In this document: one piece after another, positions 1 to 8,238 of the stretch
Layout: the number at the start of each line of letters is the position of its first letter
Position numbering within the stretch: position 1 is the first letter of the stretch
NCBI GenBank assembly: GCA_016839705.1
Contig: JAEOTR010000080.1
Coordinates: forward strand, 1-22,048
Reading direction: 5' to 3'
DNA length: 22,048 nt
From: Promethearchaeota archaeon
Lineage (GTDB): Archaea > Asgardarchaeota > Lokiarchaeia > Sigyniarchaeales > SOKP01
Made by a program: the position numbers and the translations under genes
Notes under the pieces: generated by a model
What the model was told of the DNA's origin: nothing
The model's input: the letters and a program-made list of their open reading frames with translations, nothing else
Database searches by the model: none

Positions 1-491
1 GCAGGAACATCAATATTAGGTCCTATAATATCGGCAATTTCTCGAATATATTTTCTTGCAAGTGTTTCAAGTTCTCTGCTACTCATTTCCTTAGGATTAC
101 AGATAATTCCTCCTTTCGCACCACCCAATGGAATATCTACACACGCACATTTCCAAGTCATCCATGCTGACAATGCCTTTACAAGAGAAGCACTTTCTTC
201 AGGATGCCATCTAATGCCTCCTTTCATTGGACCTCTGGCAGAGTTGTATTGGCTTCTAAATCCTTTGAATGTTTTAAGCATACCATCATCCATTTTCATG
301 GTAATCTTTATTTCAACAAATCTTTCAGGTATACTTAATGTGTTATAGATCTCGTTATCATAACCATTGAGTTTACAAGCCTCATATAGTTGTTTTTGAG
401 AAATTTGAAATGGATCTAAATTCTCGCTTTCAAAACAATCGTTTTGAGGTATGATTTCATGCTCAAGGCTTAAATTTTGGTTATATTGCAT
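1..491 (-). CDS. gdhA: Glutamate dehydrogenase (Glu/Leu/Phe/Val dehydrogenase family), N-terminal ~163 codons; runs off the window edge
   Basis: Not in the ORF track. Manual translation from ATG at 491 gives MQYNQNLSLEHEIIPQNDCFESENLDPFQISQKQL...FKGFRSQYNSARGPMKGGIRWHP...LSAWMTWKCACVDIPLGGAKGGIICNPKEMS...GPNIDVPA, which contains the GDH motifs GPxKGGIR, MTWK and GGAKGG. Confidence 0.95.
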   Translation of the reverse strand, partial: MQYNQNLSLEHEIIPQNDCFESENLDPFQISQKQLYEACKLNGYDNEIYNTLSIPERFVEIKITMKMDDGMLKTFKGFRSQYNSARGPMKGGIRWHPEESASLVKALSAWMTWKCACVDIPLGGAKGGIICNPKEMSSRELETLARKYIREIADIIGPNIDVP

Positions 492-544
492 TTTTTTATC
501 ACATTAGATCGAATTTTAATTTGTTCATTCTTTTTATGATTCTT

Positions 545-773
545 TGAACAGATAATTGATTTTATTATTATTATAGATCAAATAATGTGTTTTACCTATT
601 TAACCTTTTCCCCAACTTTTCCCACTTACCATAACGATACGTAATTGGTTTCCGACAGATTTAGAATCAGAAAGAAAATGAACGAATTTTATTTAATTAA
701 AGTTTTGATGAACAAAAATATAATTTAATTTATGTCATTTTTAAGTTTTCGGTTTTTTTTTGAACAATATTTA
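545..773. promoter_or_regulatory. Array of TGAAC-initiated 13-bp sites (putative Lrp/FFRP operators) in the gdhA upstream region
   Basis: TGAACAGATAATT (545), TGAACGAATTTTA (679), TGAACAAAAATAT (709), TGAACAATATTTA (761); spacings 134/30/52 bp; adjacent to an Lrp gene. Confidence 0.55.
597..610 (-). promoter_or_regulatory. Candidate BRE/TATA promoter of gdhA
   Basis: Minus strand reads GAAAAG-GTTAAATA (purine-rich BRE then TATA-like box), about 105 bp upstream of the ATG. AT-rich context makes this uncertain. Confidence 0.3.
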
Positions 774-972
774 GAAATGTGGAAGCGGATATTATTAAAG
801 GTAAAGTTATGATTTAATTTCTAAAATTTAATTATCTAAGAATAATAAAATCATGATTACGAAATTTCAAAAAATATTATTTTTTAAAAAAAGATATTAT
901 TTCCTCTGGATCTGCCCTACATCTATGTTTTGCCAATACTAATTTATATTGTGACCTATTATTCAATTTCGG

Positions 973-1440
973 TTATTCTTCTTTCATTTCAACCTTAAAA
1001 TTTATTTTATGAGTCATTTTATAAATATCAATAAAACTTGATACGTCCATCCGTGGTTTGATTCCATCAATCGTCTTAATCTTTTCATTAATAAACCTCC
1101 ATAGAGATTTTTCATTTTCTGCAAAAAATCGTGCTACAATATCATGATCTCCTGTTGTTGTAGCAATAAGTTGTACTTCGTCTAATGATGCAATTTTTTC
1201 AGCAACTTCATCCATTTTTAACGGATCTACAGAAAGACCTAAGATCGCAATAGTCCCGAAACCTGCTTTCATTGGATTTACAATAGTATCTTCTTTCTTT
1301 ATTATACCCTCTTCAAGTAATTTTTGAACTCTATTATGAACACTACTAGCTGCCATTTTGACTTTTTTGCCTAAAACTTTATACGAAATTCGAAAGTTAT
1401 TCTGTAAAATATTTAAAATTTCTTTATCAATATCATCCAT
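973..1440 (-). CDS. Lrp/AsnC family transcriptional regulator (Lrp-1)
   Basis: N-terminal HTH (DDIDKEILNILQ...AASSVHNRVQKLLEEGII) and RAM domain (TTGDHDIV). Start moved to ATG 1440, 7 nt after the SD-like GATGT(GA). Confidence 0.93.
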   Translation of the reverse strand: MDDIDKEILNILQNNFRISYKVLGKKVKMAASSVHNRVQKLLEEGIIKKEDTIVNPMKAGFGTIAILGLSVDPLKMDEVAEKIASLDEVQLIATTTGDHDIVARFFAENEKSLWRFINEKIKTIDGIKPRMDVSSFIDIYKMTHKINFKVEMKEE

Positions 1441-1607
1441 GTAAATCACATCGAATAATAAACTTTTTTTATGTATTATTTGGGATTATATTCTTTTAAA
1501 AGTTCTTTTTTTAAATTTCATCCAATTTAAAACCAAGTAGTTATTTAAGAGATTTTTTTTACACTACTCTAAATTATTTTCTTAAATATTTAATATGAAA
1601 TATGAAG

Positions 1608-1811
1608 TTAAAGATCTTGCTTAATATCACCATTAGGTAGCATATTATCGGGATGATACTCTCTGGTTTCTTCCATTTGATATCTAACACAATTCTTGTT
1701 TTCTACTAAACAATAATCTTCAACCCATTTTCGGTCCAGCTTACCTTGGTCAACAAAATATTTAATAGGGCAAACTGGATACCATTTACATGTTTTATTT
1801 TTAGTTTTCAT
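1608..1811 (-). CDS. Small conserved Cys-rich hypothetical protein, 67 aa
   Basis: CKWYPVCP...YCLVENKNCVRY...HPDNMLPNG pattern with 4 Cys; resembles a small uncharacterised family recalled from anaerobes. Confidence 0.75.
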   Translation of the reverse strand: MKTKNKTCKWYPVCPIKYFVDQGKLDRKWVEDYCLVENKNCVRYQMEETREYHPDNMLPNGDIKQDL

Positions 1812-1954
1812 TTAGTTTGTATCTTAAATTAATCTATTAAAATATTTCTATTGGATTTAGATTGGATAATATTCGTCTAATTATCGATATATTTAAATAT
1901 TGTACTTTATATTCACTAATTAGTGAATAGAGTTCGTTTGAAAATATTTTAAAT

Positions 1955-2170
1955 ATGTTACCTGAAATAAAAAATAGCAAAAAGAGAGAAGAACCTATAA
2001 AATTATTCATAGATTTTAATAAATCTGATAATTCTTTATATGATAACCTATATATAGAAGATTTCAAAATAGTTATTAAGATCCCAATGGGCGAAAAAGA
2101 TAATCTACCAGGTCATATCAAGATTGAAAGATTTTCACTAGTAAATGAGGTCTTCTTAACATCATATTAG
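1955..2170 (+). CDS. Hypothetical protein, 71 aa
   Basis: ATG-started ORF with protein-like composition, divergent from 1608..1811; no recognisable motif. Confidence 0.45.
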   Translation: MLPEIKNSKKREEPIKLFIDFNKSDNSLYDNLYIEDFKIVIKIPMGEKDNLPGHIKIERFSLVNEVFLTSY

Positions 2171-2396
2171 ATGTGTTATTTTTCATTTAAATTATTATAT
2201 GATATATTAAATTGAATAATATTTTTAATTTATTTAAATATTTGTATGTTATGCATTAAAATATTCTTTATCAGAATAATGTTCGATTAATTTAAATATT
2301 TTAAATTGTTTATATTAATTGTAAAAGTAATTTTTATTAATTTATATCTATAAAAAATAATTTGAATTTTATTCGAGATAAATATAAAATTAGGAG

Positions 2397-2855
2397 GTGG
2401 ATATTATTTATAAAAAAATTTTACTTGCCGTTGATGGATCACTTCATTCAAATAATGCTGCTGTACAAGTTACAGATTTTCAACAGGGGTGGAATAATAA
2501 GGTGGTAATTTTTCATTCAATAAAACATCATAAGATTCCTATGAGATCATTTTCTAATGAATCTATTCCTGTTGAACTCTATCAGAACATAGAAGAAATA
2601 AGTAAAAACGCAGGAAAACAATTATTAGATAAAACAGAAGAAATCTTTAACAAGGCAGGATTATCCGTTGAAACACGATTAATTGAAGATGAAGAACCCG
2701 AAGTATATATAAGAAGAATTGTGGAAGAAGAAAATTTTGATCTTGTGGTTTTAGGCGCAAAAGGTCATCACTCTAAAATAAAAGAAATATTGTTAGGAAC
2801 AGTCTCAAAAAAAGTAGCAAAAAGCGCCCCATGCGACGTTTTACTAGTCAAGTAA
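2397..2855 (+). CDS. Universal stress protein (UspA family); true start possibly ATT at 2406
   Basis: YKKILLAVDGS N-terminus, DLVVLGAKG...LLGTVSKKVAKSAPCDVLLVK C-terminus. Confidence 0.93.
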   Translation: MDIIYKKILLAVDGSLHSNNAAVQVTDFQQGWNNKVVIFHSIKHHKIPMRSFSNESIPVELYQNIEEISKNAGKQLLDKTEEIFNKAGLSVETRLIEDEEPEVYIRRIVEEENFDLVVLGAKGHHSKIKEILLGTVSKKVAKSAPCDVLLVK

Positions 2856-3351
2856 AGACATAATCTTTAAAAATTAAAAAATTTGTAAACAAGACTCTAT
2901 TCAAATGAGCTTGCTTAAGATATTTCCTCATCTTTAAGCCAACAACAAGAGCATTAATCAAAGAGGGTAAAAAAATTGAATGTAGAAAAAGAAAATAAGT
3001 TTGTAAAAAAGGTAAATTTTGTAAAGAAGAATTATAAAACATCGGTTTATAAGTGGCGACATAAAAAAAAAGTCGATAAATTTATTGAAAAATTACAAAA
3101 TAATGTTGTATAAAATAATATTAACCCGTAATGGATTAGTATTATTTTTAATAATTTTTCAAATTTACTCATTGGTAAAGTAAAAAATTCTAGGAACTCT
3201 GCTATTTAAAGACGATTAATTAAATAGATGTATAAGAATCCTGTTTAATATTTCTTAGATAAAATGGGAAAATGTGTTTTAAAAATTTAAATTAAAAAAA
3301 ATCATAATTGAAAATTATTCAAAAATAAAATAATTCATGAGGTGGTAATTA

Positions 3352-3681
3352 ATGTCAAAAGTAAAATATGCTCCCCTTAATGGTTCATACAAGCAAGATA
3401 AGGAAGGGTCATTGAAAACAATTGAAATTACTGAAAAATTAAGATCAAAGATTGACGAATTGACACAACATTTAGTGAAAAGTAATTATCCTTATGATAC
3501 TCTATGTTGGGCACTTGCTGAATTTGAAATGATTTTTGAAAAAGGACGTAAAAATTATTCGGAGCATGAAGTAATTGAAAGGGAAAAGAAAATATTTGAC
3601 AGTTCACTTGATTATGATGACCTCTGTTGGTTTATATCAAATCTTAAAATTTACCTTGAAGAAGTTAAGTTATATCCATAA
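3352..3681 (+). CDS. Hypothetical protein with a duplicated YDxLCW helical repeat
   Basis: SD GAGGT 8 nt before the ATG; internal repeat YPYDTLCWALAEFEM / LDYDDLCWFISNLKI. Confidence 0.8.
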   Translation: MSKVKYAPLNGSYKQDKEGSLKTIEITEKLRSKIDELTQHLVKSNYPYDTLCWALAEFEMIFEKGRKNYSEHEVIEREKKIFDSSLDYDDLCWFISNLKIYLEEVKLYP

Positions 3682-3713
3682 ATTAAATTAAGGAAAAATT
3701 CGAGGTGTATATA

Positions 3714-4100
3714 ATGATTGAGATATTTAATAAAAAAAAGAAAAGAATTGGTTATATTAAGGAAAAGAAATATTTTGATAAGAAGAACAGATTAATAGGT
3801 TATTTAGAAGGAAATGCTGTTAAGAACAAGAGTGGTGGCATTCTTTTAAAGTATAATAAACATGATGATATTATTGTTGGTAATGAAAAAGTGGGTTTTA
3901 TTCTTAACTCACAAGTATGTTTTAGAGAGAAGCCTATTTTTGAATTTTCAGAAGAAAAAAGAGAAATACACACTCTCGACGGGAAGGAAAGTTTAATATT
4001 AATAGGAAATCATGAAAAGATTAATGATTTAGATTTACTCGCTGTAGCAACTGTTTTTCTTAAATCTAAATGGTGGGATATAATTTATGGGTACTGGTGA
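3714..4100 (+). CDS. Hypothetical beta-hairpin repeat protein (beta-flower-like)
   Basis: SD GAGGT 7 nt before ATG 3714; repeats IFNKKKKRIGYI / YFDKKNRLIGYL / VKNKSGGILLKY / IVGNEKVGFI. Confidence 0.75.
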   Translation: MIEIFNKKKKRIGYIKEKKYFDKKNRLIGYLEGNAVKNKSGGILLKYNKHDDIIVGNEKVGFILNSQVCFREKPIFEFSEEKREIHTLDGKESLILIGNHEKINDLDLLAVATVFLKSKWWDIIYGYW

Positions 4101-4142
4101 ATATTTTTTGAGTCTAACTTATATACCCTAAAAACTTTTTTT

Positions 4143-5555
4143 TTATTTTAATTTTAGATATTGGTTCATCGCTTTAGCTGCTTTTCTCCCGGCACCCATA
4201 GCAGATATTACAGTAGCCGCGCCGGTAACAATATCTCCTCCCGCATAAATTCCTTCGACGTTAGTTTTTCCAATCTCATCAGTCACAATATAGCCCCATT
4301 TATTTAATTCAAGTGCAGGATAAGTTGAGGTTAATAAAGGGTTAGAATTGTTTCCTATACCGATAATTACTAAATCAGTTTTAATAATAAATTCAGAGTT
4401 TTCAATTGGGATTGGTCGTGCTCTCCCCGACTCATCGGGCTCCCCTAGTTTCATTTGTATTACCTCCATCTCTTTAACTTTTCCCTCTTCATCACCAATA
4501 AATCTAATAGGATTAGTTAATAATTTAAAAATGATACCTTCTTCCTCTCCGTGATGGACTTCTTCTAGTCTTGCGGGAAGTTGTTCCATAGCTCGACGAT
4601 AGACAATGGTGACTGTATTTGCTCCAAGTCTTAATGCTGTTCTCGCTGAATCCATCGCAGTGTTACCCCCTCCAATAACAACAATATTTTTCCCTTTCAC
4701 TATAGGTGTCTTAAATCTTGGAAAATCATATGCTTTCATAAGGTTGGTTCTTGTTAAATATTCATTAGCAGAGACAATCCCTCTTAAATTTTCACCAGGG
4801 AGACCTAAGAATCGTGGACTACCTGCGCCTATCCCTATAAAAATTGCTTTAAATCCCATTGATTTCAAGTCATCTATACTTAAAACTTTACCAATAATCA
4901 TATTATACTCTATAGTTATGCCCAACATTTTAAGCGTTTCAATTTCGTCTTCTACAATCTCTTTTGGAAGCCGAAACTCGGGGATTCCATATACCAAGAC
5001 ACCTCCACCTTTATGAAAAGCTTCAAAAATGGTTACCTCATATCCAAATCTAGCCATATCAGCAGCACATGTAAGTCCAGCTGGTCCAGATCCAATGATG
5101 GCAACTTTGATATTGTTTGGTGCTTCACAGTCAGGACATTCTTTGAGTTGATTTGCTCTTTCCCAATCTGCTATAAATCTCTCAAGACTACCAATAGCCA
5201 CAGATTTAAATCGCTTTCGCATAACGCATTTTGATTCACATTGGTTTTCTTGCTGGCACACTCTCCCACAAATTGCAGGTAAAATATTATATTCCTTAAT
5301 ACTTCTAACGGCTTCTTGAATTTCTCCTTCTTTAATTAATTTTATAAACTCTGGGATATTGATATTGACAGGGCATCCTTCCACACATAAAGGTTTTGCA
5401 CATTGTAAGCATCTTTCTGCTTCTTTTTGAGCAATCTCGGCATCAAAACCTAGATTAACTTCATTAAAATTTCTAACTCTTAATTTAGGATCTTGGGTGG
5501 GCATTTTTTGCCGTGGGATTCTAACGGATTTTTTTTTAGGAGTACTATCACTCAT
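4143..5555 (-). CDS. nfnB: NfnB(L)/SudA-like NADPH-dependent flavoprotein (GltD-like; often annotated as homotetrameric glutamate synthase)
   Basis: RCLQCAKPLCVEGCP and CGRVCQQENQCESKC Fe-S motifs, GSGPAG FAD site, YGIPEFRL, GGGNTAMD and YRR NADPH site, AGGDIVTG. ATG 5555 lies 7 nt after AGGT(GA) and overlaps the upstream stop. Confidence 0.9.
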   Translation of the reverse strand: MSDSTPKKKSVRIPRQKMPTQDPKLRVRNFNEVNLGFDAEIAQKEAERCLQCAKPLCVEGCPVNINIPEFIKLIKEGEIQEAVRSIKEYNILPAICGRVCQQENQCESKCVMRKRFKSVAIGSLERFIADWERANQLKECPDCEAPNNIKVAIIGSGPAGLTCAADMARFGYEVTIFEAFHKGGGVLVYGIPEFRLPKEIVEDEIETLKMLGITIEYNMIIGKVLSIDDLKSMGFKAIFIGIGAGSPRFLGLPGENLRGIVSANEYLTRTNLMKAYDFPRFKTPIVKGKNIVVIGGGNTAMDSARTALRLGANTVTIVYRRAMEQLPARLEEVHHGEEEGIIFKLLTNPIRFIGDEEGKVKEMEVIQMKLGEPDESGRARPIPIENSEFIIKTDLVIIGIGNNSNPLLTSTYPALELNKWGYIVTDEIGKTNVEGIYAGGDIVTGAATVISAMGAGRKAAKAMNQYLKLK

Positions 5556-8214
5556 CAATATCACCTGTATTGAATTTTTCTATAGCTTTACATGAATGTG
5601 TCTGATAAATAGAGACTTCAGGTTCTTCAAATCTTTCATTACGAGAAAATAGTTCGTCCCATTTAATTTGGTGAGCGTCGAAAATTGGTCCATCTATACA
5701 TGCAAATTTCGTCATTTCTTTTCCATCTACAAGTAGAGTCAAACGACAACAACCACACATTCCTGTTCCATCAATCATAATAGTGTTTAAACTCACAAAA
5801 GTAGGAATATTTCCATGTTCTTTAGTGAAATTTGATGCATCTCTCATCATATAAGTGCATCCTATAAAATAAGCTCTGTCATAATTTATTTTGTGGTTTT
5901 TTAAATGCTCTAATCCTGCTAAAATTTTACCTTTCAAACCCTTAGATCCATCTGAAGAACAATATATTATATTATCTGAGATCTCTTCAAATTCCTTTTC
6001 TAAATAGAATAAATTCTCATTTCTTGCTTCTAAAATGATTATTATCTTATTCCCCGCTGATTTTAATGCTTTAGCGATTGGAAAAATGGCACCATTTCCA
6101 TAACAACCACCTGCTAACAAAACTGTACCAAAATTTTCAATCTCGATATCTTGTCCTAAAGGCCCTACAACACTATAAAGATAATCATTCGGATTAAGAT
6201 CTATTAATTCCATTGTTGAATATCCTGCCTCTTGAAAGTAGAGTGTTATAGTACCTTTTACAGGATCCCAATCAGATATAGTTAATGGTATTCTTTCACC
6301 TATCTCCTCTTTCATTAGAATAACAAAATTGCCCGGTTTTGCTTTTTTAGCCATCAAAGGTGCTTGAATTATTAATTGGTAGAAGTTTATAGCAATTTCT
6401 TTATTAGAAATAACTTTAAATCTCGTTTTCTTTAATTCTTTTACATGTAATTCAGTACTTTCCCCAGAAAATTTAAATTTACGATATTCAATTAAATTAT
6501 TTAGATCTTCTACATGATTCGAGATTGGTTCTCCACGGTACTTAAATGATTCTAATGATACATGTTGGGGTATTAATTGACAAGATTTTTCCTCAAATGT
6601 GTTTGAAGGTAGATTGAATCCTTTCATTAGATTTTCAGAATCTTGTGAGTTAAATTCAGTTTGTTTCTTTATAATTTCTTCATTAATTTCAGAAGTATTT
6701 GAAAAACGAAATTCGCTTTTAATTGAATCATCAAATATTATAGATAACTCACAAAAGATCTCCCAATCTGGTTTTGATACCCCTAGTTTTAAGGCTGCTT
6801 GGGAGAAATAACTTGGTATATGTTCAGAATTAATGAAAGTTCCTGAATCTTCTATAAATGTGCATGTTGGAAGAACTACATTAGCAAACTGAAAGTTCTT
6901 TGAAGGATATATATCTTGCAGTATTAAATATTCAATATTTTTGAGGATTTCCTGATTTTCAAGTCTTTCCGTAAGATATAAAGCTTTTATCCTTCCATTT
7001 TTAATATCATTGATAATATCCTCTTGAGATTTCTTGCTGTTTATTATGATATTTTTCAAAACACCCTTAATATTTGCATTTCTCCAAAGATATTGATCAT
7101 CATATTTGTTATTTAGAAGTGCCGTTAGAACAATATTATCAGTTTTTAGAATTTTTTTAGCAAATTTATGCAAAATATAAGCGGATTCATTTGATAAATC
7201 GACCGAAGTTAATATTGCAATTTCATCAGGTTTGAATTTCATTAGATTTTCTTTTATGGCGTTGTATGCCTCATACCACCCACTTGGGATTAAATTCTTA
7301 TTGTTTTTGACTAAAGGATATTTCAATCTCTTATTTCCATTGTTAAAAGGTACTATACAAAACCGACCAAATACACATGGAAACTTATTATTTGAATAAT
7401 TATTTTTGTTTGGAATTGACTCTACTAGTAATTCATTAAAAGAAAAGTAGTCAAAACTACAATGTATACCACAAAAACCACAAACAGACATTGTTTTGTT
7501 ACTGTTTTTATCAAACCATTTAGTATTTTTTGATGTGATGGCACCTGTGGGACATATATCAATACAAGCGCCACAAAACTGACAATTTGAATCGATGAGA
7601 GAGATATCAAAAGCTGTTGAGACTTTTGTATCATGACCTCGATTCGCAAAATTAATAGCCCCATTCTTTCTTAATTCATTACAAATCCTAACACATTTAC
7701 CACATAAGATACACATATTAGGATCTATTTCTATAAATGGATCATTTCTCTTTAGAGATGAATTCTTGTACTCTAATTGATATTCGACATCATCTATTTC
7801 AAGATAATTAGTAATTTTTCTTAAATCACAGGTTTCCTTACTGGAACAGAAAAAGCATCCAAAAGATCTACCTGCTTTACTTTCACTTCTCCCATCCTCT
7901 TCACATTTATCTTTGTTACCACATACAAGACAAGAGTAGGGATGGTCACTCAATATTAATTTCAAAATCTCTATTCTTAATTCTCGAAGTTCATCGTCAT
8001 TTGTGATAATTTTCATATCATTTTGGGCAGGAGTTGAACAAGCTGTAGGATATCCTTTCATACCTTCAACTTTAACAATACAAAGTCTACATCCTCCATA
8101 AGAAGTTAAATTTTCTATATAACAGAGTGTAGGAATGAATATAACCGCTTTTTTTGCGACTTCTAAAATCGTCTGTCCCTCTAAAAATTCGATGACTGTT
8201 TCGTTGATTTTCAA
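5548..8214 (-). CDS. Fusion: NuoG/HydA/FdhA-like Fe-S domain + truncated molybdopterin-oxidoreductase scaffold + C-terminal NfnA(S)/SudB domain
   Basis: [2Fe-2S] IPTLC...GGCRLC...TAC; HxxxCxxCx5C; CILCGKCVRIC; CQFCGACIDIC; CGFCGIHC...C. Remnants RLKYPL and VVLPTCTFIEDSGTFIN. From aa ~598: AKPGNFVIL...ERIPLTISD...VVGPLG...MIDGTGMCGCCR...CIDGPIFD (NfnA/SudB). Confidence 0.88.
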   Translation of the reverse strand: MKINETVIEFLEGQTILEVAKKAVIFIPTLCYIENLTSYGGCRLCIVKVEGMKGYPTACSTPAQNDMKIITNDDELRELRIEILKLILSDHPYSCLVCGNKDKCEEDGRSESKAGRSFGCFFCSSKETCDLRKITNYLEIDDVEYQLEYKNSSLKRNDPFIEIDPNMCILCGKCVRICNELRKNGAINFANRGHDTKVSTAFDISLIDSNCQFCGACIDICPTGAITSKNTKWFDKNSNKTMSVCGFCGIHCSFDYFSFNELLVESIPNKNNYSNNKFPCVFGRFCIVPFNNGNKRLKYPLVKNNKNLIPSGWYEAYNAIKENLMKFKPDEIAILTSVDLSNESAYILHKFAKKILKTDNIVLTALLNNKYDDQYLWRNANIKGVLKNIIINSKKSQEDIINDIKNGRIKALYLTERLENQEILKNIEYLILQDIYPSKNFQFANVVLPTCTFIEDSGTFINSEHIPSYFSQAALKLGVSKPDWEIFCELSIIFDDSIKSEFRFSNTSEINEEIIKKQTEFNSQDSENLMKGFNLPSNTFEEKSCQLIPQHVSLESFKYRGEPISNHVEDLNNLIEYRKFKFSGESTELHVKELKKTRFKVISNKEIAINFYQLIIQAPLMAKKAKPGNFVILMKEEIGERIPLTISDWDPVKGTITLYFQEAGYSTMELIDLNPNDYLYSVVGPLGQDIEIENFGTVLLAGGCYGNGAIFPIAKALKSAGNKIIIILEARNENLFYLEKEFEEISDNIIYCSSDGSKGLKGKILAGLEHLKNHKINYDRAYFIGCTYMMRDASNFTKEHGNIPTFVSLNTIMIDGTGMCGCCRLTLLVDGKEMTKFACIDGPIFDAHQIKWDELFSRNERFEEPEVSIYQTHSCKAIEKFNTGDIDE

Positions 8215-8238
8215 AGTTTTTTTTTTATTGGTAATCGT

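Noticed and set aside
1608-1811. Uracil-DNA glycosylase label that I recall being attached to similar small proteins
   Set aside because: 67 aa is too short and no UDG catalytic motifs are present.
1837-3042. Minus-strand ORFs 1837..2067 and 2848..3042
   Set aside because: Low-complexity F/L/I/S-rich translations typical of reverse-read AT-rich DNA; no SD or motif.
4348-5234. Plus-strand ORFs 4348..4554, 4606..5016 and 5013..5234
   Set aside because: Antisense shadows of the well-supported nfnB-like gene; no motifs.
4143-5555. Simple gltD (GOGAT small subunit) call
   Set aside because: It overlaps the stop of an NfnA/SudB-domain gene, which is the NfnAB/SudAB arrangement. A role in feeding GltB remains only a hypothesis.
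5548-8214. Calling the 888-aa protein a formate dehydrogenase, [FeFe]-hydrogenase or selenoprotein
   Set aside because: The molybdopterin region is far too short and lacks a recognisable Cys/Sec-His active-site segment; there are no H-cluster motifs and no in-frame TGA.
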